Notes under the pieces: generated by a model
Databases searched by the model: none
Told to the model about the DNA's origin: nothing
Seen by the model: only the letters and a program-made list of their open reading frames with translations
In this document: in pieces, positions 57,038-64,000 of the stretch
Layout: each line of letters begins with the position of its first letter
How positions within the stretch are numbered: position 1 is the stretch's first letter
Program-made: the position numbers and the translations under genes
Origin: Candidatus Uhrbacteria bacterium
GTDB taxonomy: Bacteria > Patescibacteriota > Patescibacteriia > UBA9934 > GWF2-40-263
DNA length: 64,000 nt
NCBI GenBank assembly: GCA_016844925.1
Contig: JAERTI010000043.1
Span: 2,386-66,385, forward strand
Direction of reading: 5' to 3'

Positions 57038-60000
57038 ATGTTTAAACGACAAGAGACCCTCAAATCAACGGACTTTGACTCCATTCGCCTACGTCTGGCA
57101 TCCCCAGAGACGATCCGTTCATGGTCGTTTGGTGAAGTAGCAAAGCCGGAAACCATTAACTACCGTACCCAGAAGCCTGAGAAGCAGGGATTGTTTGCGG
57201 AAGAGATTTTTGGACCATCCAAGGACTGGGAGTGTTACTGCGGAAAGTATAAGAAGATCCGCTATAAGGGGATCGTCTGTGACAAGTGTGGTGTTGAGGT
57301 AACCCACGCCATCGTTCGACGTGAGCGCATGGGGCACATCGACCTCGCTGCACCGATCACACACATTTGGTTCCTGCGCGGCGTGCCTTCCAAGATTGGA
57401 AGCATTCTTGATCTATCTATTCAGAACTTGGAGAAGATTATTTACTTCGCCAGTTTCTTGGTGACAGACGTAAATGAGGAAGCAAAGGAGCAGACCATCG
57501 AGCAGGTGAAGCAGGAGCGTAAGAGTAAGGAGAAGATGATTGAAGGTGAGTTTAAGCGTGATGTTGGTCGTCTTGCACAGAAGTTTGGAGAAGACGAGAA
57601 GGCTATCGCGAAGGAGACTCAGCGTCTGGAAGAGATTCGCGACACCAAGCTCGAGGAGCTCGTTGAAGATTTTGAGCAGGTGATGGAAGACTTCAAAGCC
57701 ATGAAGGTCATGGCGATCATTTCCGAGCAGGTCTACCACGAGTGGTCCCTGAAGTACGGTCATGTATTTGAAGCAAACATTGGTGCTGAGGCTGTGAAGG
57801 ACATGCTTAAGCGTATCAACGTTGAGGAGACCATGAACGCGCTCGATGAAGAGCTCAAGACGGCTACGAAGACCAAGCGCAACCGCTTGCTCCGTCGCGT
57901 GAAGTTGCTCAAGGCGTTCCATATCAACCAGCTCCGTCCAGAGTGGATGGTACTTGAGGTGATCCCTGTGACCCCACCAGATCTGCGTCCAATGGTACCG
58001 CTGGACGGTGGACGTTTTGCTACGTCTGACCTTAACGATTTGTATCGTCGCGTGATCAACCGTAACAACCGCTTGAAGCGCCTCTACGATTTGAGCGCCC
58101 CTGAGGTGATCTCACGAAACGAGAAGCGCATGTTGCAGGAGGCGGTAGACGCCTTGATCGATAACAGTGCGCGTCACTCAAAGACCGTTATTGCTGCGAC
58201 AGGTAAGAAGCGTCAGTTGAAGTCACTTGCTGACCAGCTTAAGGGTAAGCAGGGTCGATTCCGTCAGAACTTGCTCGGTAAGCGTATCGACTACTCTGGA
58301 CGTTCTGTGATTGTGGTGGGACCTCACCTGCGATTGGAGCAGTGTGGTATTCCAAAAAAGATGGCCTTGGAGCTGTTTAAGCCGTTTGTGATTTCCAAGC
58401 TCATCGACCGCGAGTACGTTCACAACATTCGAAGCGCAAACCGCTTTATTGAATCAGATCGCCCAGAGACTTGGGACATCTTGGAAGAGGTGACACGTGA
58501 CGCCTTCGTGCTCTTGAACCGTGCACCCACGCTTCACCGTCTTGGTATTCAGGCCTTCCGCCCTACCTTGATTGAGGGTAAGGCTCTCCAGATTCACCCA
58601 CTCGTTTGTGACGCGTATAACGCGGACTTTGATGGTGACCAAATGGCTGTGCACGTCCCACTGACAGAAGAGGCACGCGCTGAGGCGCGAGAGATCATGC
58701 TCTCCACGAAGAACTTGCTGAAGCCAGCTCACGGTGGTCCAGTGGCGACACCAGGAAAAGACATTGCGTGGGGAATTTTCTTCCTCACCATGGAGATGAC
58801 AGAAAAGCCAGAGAGTATGGAAGGGCTCCCAACCTTTGCCGATGAAACAGACACCATGTATGCCGTTGCTACTGAGCAGGTTGCTCTGCGTGATTGGGTT
58901 GTGACGCGTTTGAAGAACGGGGAGAAAGTCATCACCACCCCAGGTCGCGTTATGGTGAACGAGCAGTTTCCTGCTGAGGTGCCGTTCAAAAATGAAATCA
59001 TGGGAAAGAAGCAGCTTTCTGCGATTGTGAAGTTCTATCTTGAGTTGCATGGTTCTGAGAAGACAGCCGTCTTCCTTGATCGCTTGAAGGACCTCGGATT
59101 TAAGTACTCCACACATGCTGGGTACTCATGGGGAATGGCAAACCTACCGGACTTGAAGGGGAAGGGTGCATTGATCGAAGAGGGAGATAAGCGTGTGCAG
59201 GAAGTGGAAGACTACTTCGCTGATGGGCTCTTGACTGGTACTGAGCGTCACACTTCTATCATTAAGATCTGGAACGAGATTAAAGACCGCATTTCCTCTG
59301 AAGCAAAGCAGTCTCTACCAAAAGACAACCCTGCTTACACCATGATTGAATCTGGTGCCCGTGGTTCATGGGGTCAGATGACACAGATGGTGGGTATGAA
59401 GGGTCTTGTGGCCAACCCTGCTGGTGAGATTATCGAGCTGCCGGTGAAGTCCTCCTTTAAAGAGGGGTACGATGTGCTGGAGTTCTTTATCTCTTCTCAC
59501 GGTGTGCGAAAAGGTTTGACTGATACAGCTTTGCGTACCGCTAACGCGGGTTACTTGACTCGTCGTCTGGTGGATGTGGCACAGGATGTGATCGTGCGCG
59601 AAGAAGACTGTGGAGATGATCAGGGAGTACTCCTGACACATGAGGAGTCTGAGGAAATTGGTGAGCCACTCTTGATCCGTATTCTTGGTCGTTTTGTCCT
59701 TTCAGACTTGAAGAAGCCAGGTGGACGCAAGGTGATTGTCCCAGCGGGTGGACTCATTACAGAGGAGCACATTCGTGAGATTGAAGCAGCAAGCAAGCCT
59801 CTTACCGAGGCGCACGTGCGTTCTGTGATGACCTGTCATCTGCGCCGTGGTGTTTGTCAGCGTTGTTACGGATATGACCTGGCGTACAACAAGCTCGTGA
59901 AGCTTGGAACATCTGTAGGAATTATGGCGGCGCAGTCTATTGGTGAGCCTGGTACACAGCTCACTATGCGTACCTTCCACACCGGTGGTGTGGCTGGAAA

Positions 60001-61072
60001 AGACATTACGCAGGGTCTGCCGCGTGTGGAGGAATTGTTCGAGGCTCGTAATCCAAAACAGAAAGCCATCATGGCAGAGGTTTCTGGAAAGGCGACCGTT
60101 GAGACGATTGCGCGTGAGATTGTTCAGGCTGGAACTGGTAAGCAGATTCTCGATACACGTCCAGGGCAGAAGACTGTGAAGATTGAGCACATGGGTACCG
60201 AAGACGAGAAGTTTAGCTTCGGTAAGACCGGTGAGTGTTTCTTGAAAGATGGTGACAAGATTAAGGAAGGTCAGCTCATCGCGAAGAAAGGATCTGGTGT
60301 TGAGTTTTTAGCGCCTGGAAATGGTGTGGTGAAGGTGGAGGACGAAAAGAATCGTGTTACCGCCATCTATGACCACATGAAGATTCGTGAGTATGTCATT
60401 CCGCCGGGATACACATTGTATGTAAAGGATGGTGACGAGGTTCAGGGTGGAGACTCTCTGACCGATGGTCACTTGGACTTGCAGGTACTGTTCAAGTTTA
60501 AAGGACAGGATGCCGTGCAGAAGTATCTCTCTACGGAGATTCAATACATCTACGCCAGTCAGGGACAGAAGCTCAATAACAAGCACATTGAAATTATTGT
60601 TCGCCAGATGTTCTCCCGTGTGAAGGTGATTGACCCAGGTCAGACAGATCTTCTCCCGGGTGAGATTATCGAGAAGGCTACCTTTGAGGATGCCAACGAT
60701 ACGGCACCTAAGGGCAAGAAGGCGACAGCACAGCCATTGTTCCTCGGGATCACAAAGATTTCTCTCTCGACAGACTCTTGGCTCTCAAGTGCTTCCTTCC
60801 AGGAGACAGCGCGTGTTCTCATCAACGCGGCTGTGACCGGTAAGGTTGACCGCCTTGAGGGTCTTAAGGAGAACGTGATTATCGGACGTCTCATTCCTGC
60901 GGGAACGGGATTCGAAGATATGGAACAGGAGCTGATCGGTGATGTAAATGCGGCACGCCTTGAGCGTGAGGCCGCACGATCTGCTGCACTTGAAGACGAG
61001 ATTGATAAAGCGTTCTCAGACAATGTGAACGTTGGATCAGGAACAGAGAAGAAAAAGGAATTGGCAGAATAG
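57038..61072 (+). CDS. rpoC: RNA polymerase beta' subunit
   Basis: Zn finger CYCGKYK, catalytic [18 protein letters not shown]. Confidence 0.99.
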   Translation: MFKRQETLKSTDFDSIRLRLASPETIRSWSFGEVAKPETINYRTQKPEKQGLFAEEIFGPSKDWECYCGKYKKIRYKGIVCDKCGVEVTHAIVRRERMGHIDLAAPITHIWFLRGVPSKIGSILDLSIQNLEKIIYFASFLVTDVNEEAKEQTIEQVKQERKSKEKMIEGEFKRDVGRLAQKFGEDEKAIAKETQRLEEIRDTKLEELVEDFEQVMEDFKAMKVMAIISEQVYHEWSLKYGHVFEANIGAEAVKDMLKRINVEETMNALDEELKTATKTKRNRLLRRVKLLKAFHINQLRPEWMVLEVIPVTPPDLRPMVPLDGGRFATSDLNDLYRRVINRNNRLKRLYDLSAPEVISRNEKRMLQEAVDALIDNSARHSKTVIAATGKKRQLKSLADQLKGKQGRFRQNLLGKRIDYSGRSVIVVGPHLRLEQCGIPKKMALELFKPFVISKLIDREYVHNIRSANRFIESDRPETWDILEEVTRDAFVLLNRAPTLHRLGIQAFRPTLIEGKALQIHPLVCDAYNADFDGDQMAVHVPLTEEARAEAREIMLSTKNLLKPAHGGPVATPGKDIAWGIFFLTMEMTEKPESMEGLPTFADETDTMYAVATEQVALRDWVVTRLKNGEKVITTPGRVMVNEQFPAEVPFKNEIMGKKQLSAIVKFYLELHGSEKTAVFLDRLKDLGFKYSTHAGYSWGMANLPDLKGKGALIEEGDKRVQEVEDYFADGLLTGTERHTSIIKIWNEIKDRISSEAKQSLPKDNPAYTMIESGARGSWGQMTQMVGMKGLVANPAGEIIELPVKSSFKEGYDVLEFFISSHGVRKGLTDTALRTANAGYLTRRLVDVAQDVIVREEDCGDDQGVLLTHEESEEIGEPLLIRILGRFVLSDLKKPGGRKVIVPAGGLITEEHIREIEAASKPLTEAHVRSVMTCHLRRGVCQRCYGYDLAYNKLVKLGTSVGIMAAQSIGEPGTQLTMRTFHTGGVAGKDITQGLPRVEELFEARNPKQKAIMAEVSGKATVETIAREIVQAGTGKQILDTRPGQKTVKIEHMGTEDEKFSFGKTGECFLKDGDKIKEGQLIAKKGSGVEFLAPGNGVVKVEDEKNRVTAIYDHMKIREYVIPPGYTLYVKDGDEVQGGDSLTDGHLDLQVLFKFKGQDAVQKYLSTEIQYIYASQGQKLNNKHIEIIVRQMFSRVKVIDPGQTDLLPGEIIEKATFEDANDTAPKGKKATAQPLFLGITKISLSTDSWLSSASFQETARVLINAAVTGKVDRLEGLKENVIIGRLIPAGTGFEDMEQELIGDVNAARLEREAARSAALEDEIDKAFSDNVNVGSGTEKKKELAE

Positions 61073-61076
61073 TGTT

Positions 61077-61106
61077 AAAAAAGCAGGGTCATGTACCCTG
61101 CTTTTT
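61077..61106. terminator. bidirectional terminator after rpoC
   Basis: aaaaaagcaggg-tcatgt-accctgcttttt. Confidence 0.8.
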
Positions 61107-61165
61107 GGTTGGAGCGTTGTGAAAAGAAAAAATCCACGAGAAGTGGATTGCGTGGTGAGGGCGAT

Positions 61166-61702
61166 CTAGCCCTCTTCGGAAATGCGTTTCAAGATCTCGG
61201 TGCCGTTGGAGGTCACGCTGTAGCACACTCTTTGTGGAGGGCCGTCGATGTGGTGGAGGCGCACCAGTCTCATTTGCAGGAGCTTGTCGAGTGCGGCCTG
61301 GAGTGACTCGATGTCGATGTCGCCGCAGGAATCGTGGAGTTCGATTGCAGACTGGATGGGGTTTCCATCCAGGGCCCTGAGCACACCGATGGCGACCAAC
61401 GAACTTCGAACGGATCGCAGGTTCTGATCCTGGACAATGCGCAGACCAACGGGGGTCGGTGCTTCCAAGCTCATCTTCAGGATCGCTCGGACACTTCCAT
61501 CGAAGATGGGGTGTTCGGATAGGTCTTCTGTTCGAAGTCGGTCCTGGAGCGCCATTGAGAACAGTTGGATGTACGAGAGGTCGTCTCGAACAATGGCGTA
61601 GAGGAGGTTTCGCGTCAGGCGTCCGAGAGCCTGTTCGCTCTTCTGTTCGAAGCATCGCTTCATGATGCGGTCCATGCGCTGCTCTTGGGTTAGCTCGCTC
61701 AT
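61166..61702 (-). CDS. hypothetical protein with probable C-terminal winged HTH
   Basis: GGAG SD; LQAALDKLLQMRLV...YSVTSNG is PadR/MarR-like. Confidence 0.55.
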   Translation of the reverse strand: MSELTQEQRMDRIMKRCFEQKSEQALGRLTRNLLYAIVRDDLSYIQLFSMALQDRLRTEDLSEHPIFDGSVRAILKMSLEAPTPVGLRIVQDQNLRSVRSSLVAIGVLRALDGNPIQSAIELHDSCGDIDIESLQAALDKLLQMRLVRLHHIDGPPQRVCYSVTSNGTEILKRISEEG

Positions 61703-61807
61703 GATGGTTCTCCGGGTGCAAGGGCAGGTTGTCATTGGTTCTGTGATGTGTCAATGCCGTTGGTGCAGGTGGCGAGAACACAGGCTTTTTGTTAGGATTC
61801 TTTCGAT

Positions 61808-62515
61808 ATGTCGGGACATAGCAAATGGCACACAATTCAGAAAAAGAAGGGGGCAGCTGACGCGAAGCGTGGGCAGGTGTTCACCAAACTTGCTAAGGCA
61901 ATCACGGTTGCGGCAAAGACTGGAGGTGGCGGAGACCCAGCGTTCAACTTTCAGCTCCGTGTGGCCATCGATAGTGCAAAGGCGGCTAACATGCCCAAGG
62001 ATAATATCGAGCGTGCAGTAAAGCGTGGTACAGGCGAAGGCGCTGATGCGGTGATCATCGAAGAAGTGATGTATGAGGGCTTTGGTCCCGGTGGAGCCGC
62101 ACTTTTGATACACTGTCTTACAGATAATCGAAATCGTTCCATTGCTGATGTTCGTACGGTGATGAATAAGAAGGGAGGAAATCTTGGTGGTCAGGGATCT
62201 GTTAAATGGATGTTCGACCATAAGGGGATCATTGTTGTGGCTGGAGAACTAAATGATGAGTTGGAGCTCTTGCTCATTGATTCGGGAGCAGAAGATATTC
62301 ATGTAGAGAATCAGATGATCGAGGTGGTGACCGGATCAAGCGAGCTCAAGCAGGTGCTAGATGCGATTGATCAGCCTGCCGAGCATGCCGGTCTTGCGTA
62401 TCTTCCAAAGGAGATGGTTACGTTGGAAGGAAAGGAACAGGAGCAGCTCGACGTTCTCATTGAGGCGCTTGATGCGCTCGACGATGTCGATACGGTTTAT
62501 ACAAACGTGAAATAA
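61808..62515 (+). CDS. yebC: YebC/PmpR family protein
   Basis: MSGHSKW, NMPKDNIERA, YEGFGPGG, TDNRNR. Confidence 0.96.
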   Translation: MSGHSKWHTIQKKKGAADAKRGQVFTKLAKAITVAAKTGGGGDPAFNFQLRVAIDSAKAANMPKDNIERAVKRGTGEGADAVIIEEVMYEGFGPGGAALLIHCLTDNRNRSIADVRTVMNKKGGNLGGQGSVKWMFDHKGIIVVAGELNDELELLLIDSGAEDIHVENQMIEVVTGSSELKQVLDAIDQPAEHAGLAYLPKEMVTLEGKEQEQLDVLIEALDALDDVDTVYTNVK

Positions 62516-62517
62516 TT

Positions 62518-63000
62518 ATGGCAGAAGGAAGAATCATTTTGGGGCTAGATCCAGGCTATGGCCGTATGGGGTTTGGTGTGGTGCATGTTCAGGGGCCTAA
62601 CGTAGAGCTTGTTGACTATGGTGTGGCAACAACGACAAGTGGCGATGCGTTTGAACATCGCCTCCTGCAACTTGGAAATGATCTACATGACTTGTTCGCA
62701 CATCATCAGCCAGATGCTGTAGCTATTGAAAAATTATTCTTTGGAAAGTCTTCAACAACGGCCATGAAGGTGGCGCACGCACGTGGCGTTGCAATGCTTA
62801 TGGCTGCGCAGTCTGGCGCTCCTGTATTCGAGTTTGGACCCTCTCAGATTAAAAAAGCTGTGACTGGGGATGGGAAAGCGAATAAGCGCGCCATGCAGCA
62901 GATGGTGAAGCAACTTTTGGGTCTTCCAAGGATTCCTAAGCCAGATGATGCAGCGGATGCTCTGGCAGTCGCCATCACGGCAAGTACAAAAAAATGGTAA
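62518..63000 (+). CDS. ruvC: Holliday junction resolvase RuvC
   Basis: ILGLDPG, AIEKLFF, ARGV, KPDDAADALA. Confidence 0.96.
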   Translation: MAEGRIILGLDPGYGRMGFGVVHVQGPNVELVDYGVATTTSGDAFEHRLLQLGNDLHDLFAHHQPDAVAIEKLFFGKSSTTAMKVAHARGVAMLMAAQSGAPVFEFGPSQIKKAVTGDGKANKRAMQQMVKQLLGLPRIPKPDDAADALAVAITASTKKW

Positions 63001-63002
63001 GC

Positions 63003-63032
63003 AAAAACACTCCTCTTATGAGGAGTGTTTTT
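63003..63032. terminator. bidirectional terminator
   Basis: aaaaacactcctc-ttat-gaggagtgttttt. Confidence 0.8.
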
Positions 63033-63106
63033 GGAGCGGGTAGGGAGGATCGAACTCCCATCTCAAGGTTGGAAACCTCGCATAATAGCCATTATACTAT
63101 ACCCGC
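63032..63106 (-). tRNA. tRNA-Gly (TCC)
   Basis: GCGGGTA...anticodon arm CGAGG-TTTCCAA-CCTTG, GTTCGA T-loop, 3' CCA. Confidence 0.93.
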
Positions 63107-63107
63107 A

Positions 63108-63184
63108 TGGTCGGGCCGGCGGGACTCGAACCCACGACCTCCTGGTCCCAAACCAGGCGCTCTAGCCTACTGAGCTACGGCCCG
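63108..63184 (-). tRNA. tRNA-Pro (TGG)
   Basis: CGGGCCG...CCTGG-TTTGGGA-CCAGG, GTTCGA, 3' CCA. Confidence 0.95.
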
Positions 63185-63344
63185 AGTGCGAGGAGAATAT
63201 ACACCACCTACTGTTTTTTTTCAAGGGATGAATTTTGACGCATTCTTCAAGCTTTTTTCGGCAAGGGGTCACTGTTTCTGAGATTGTTTGATATAATTTT
63301 TCTATCTGCACCAGACATTTTTTTCAATCACCGCCAGCCGTCTC

Positions 63345-64000
63345 ATGTTAAGTATTCGATGGGTGCTTATCGGGTTATTTCTAGTTCTATTTTTATTTAG
63401 CGGGGCTTCGGTACATGCCATGGGTATCAGCCCTCCAGTGTTTGAGTTGAACGAGGTTGAAATCGATTCATTAAGTACTGTGAGTGTGGGGCTGGTAAGA
63501 AATGCCACAACGGAACCAACGGGGGATATCACCTTAACGGTCAGTCCTCGGAAAACGGGGGCGCCGTATTTTTACGGAGACGAGACGGTGGTTATTCCCG
63601 ATGGGGAGGATTTGGTCACCTATTCTTTTAATGTCATTCCAGATAGTTCTGCCTGGGGTACATGTGTGCTCTATGTTGATTTTATCAAGACGGTTTCAGG
63701 ATCAGGTTCTGGGGTAACCGTTCGAACGGGGGCAACCATGACAGGAAGTTTTACTGTTGCTGGAACACCAGCCGGAGACTGTGAGCCAATTCCTAATGTT
63801 AGTTCAGGGACAACGGGATCCACTTCCGAGACAGGGGGTGGGAGTTCAGGGGGAGGTTCAGATTCTGGTGGCGAAGACAATTCTGAAAGTGGAGAGTCTT
63901 CAGGAGGAACGGATGATTCGACTGGGGGTGATGAGGAGGCAAGCGATGGAGAGCTTTGTAATTGCGCAGACGATGAATCGAGTGGTGGTGATCGGCTTGG
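63345..64000 (+). CDS. secreted protein with Gly/Ser/Glu-rich linker (partial)
   Basis: MLSIRWVLIGLFLVLFLFSGASVHA signal peptide; frame appears open to the window end. Confidence 0.6.
   Translation, partial: MLSIRWVLIGLFLVLFLFSGASVHAMGISPPVFELNEVEIDSLSTVSVGLVRNATTEPTGDITLTVSPRKTGAPYFYGDETVVIPDGEDLVTYSFNVIPDSSAWGTCVLYVDFIKTVSGSGSGVTVRTGATMTGSFTVAGTPAGDCEPIPNVSSGTTGSTSETGGGSSGGGSDSGGEDNSESGESSGGTDDSTGGDEEASDGELCNCADDESSGGDRL

Noticed and set aside
63032-63184. tRNA origin of the array repeat (GAGTCCCG in tRNA-Pro, GAGATGGGA in tRNA-Gly)
   Set aside because: Only 8-9 nt matches, expected by chance; the repeats lack a cloverleaf, T-loop and CCA.

Overview
Bacterial chromosomal segment, probably from a Patescibacteria/CPR-type genome (inference from compact, Shine-Dalgarno-less housekeeping genes and protein style). 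The housekeeping backbone is ychF, a Trm11-like methyltransferase, rpsF-ssb-rpsR, epmA-efp, recA, a rodZ-like gene, ftsK, rpoB-rpoC, yebC-ruvC, tRNA-Pro and tRNA-Gly. About 38 kb is taken up by two divergent, single-orientation gene arrays flanking rodZ/ftsK: left ~10.6-35.9 kb on the minus strand (~33 ORFs) and right ~39.2-52.7 kb on the plus strand (~22 ORFs). Almost every gene or gene pair is separated from the next by a conserved double-hairpin element. In transcribed orientation it reads CCCGAGC..GCTCGGG-A-CTCCATC..GATGGAG: two stems joined by one unpaired A, with variable loops. I counted by eye 30 copies on the left and 8 canonical plus ~9 diverged copies on the right. Each array has the layout sigma70 promoter - leader terminator-like hairpin - ORF0 - A - (B - leader - SD - ORF - A)n - U-tract. 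The cargo is dominated by 15 pentapeptide-repeat proteins with swappable C-termini, several other paralogous families and small membrane proteins. Many cargo genes carry strong SD motifs, unlike the core genes. No integrase, transposase, reverse transcriptase or Cas gene is visible in the window. This looks like an undescribed integron-like or RNA-punctuated cassette system; its mechanism is hypothetical.
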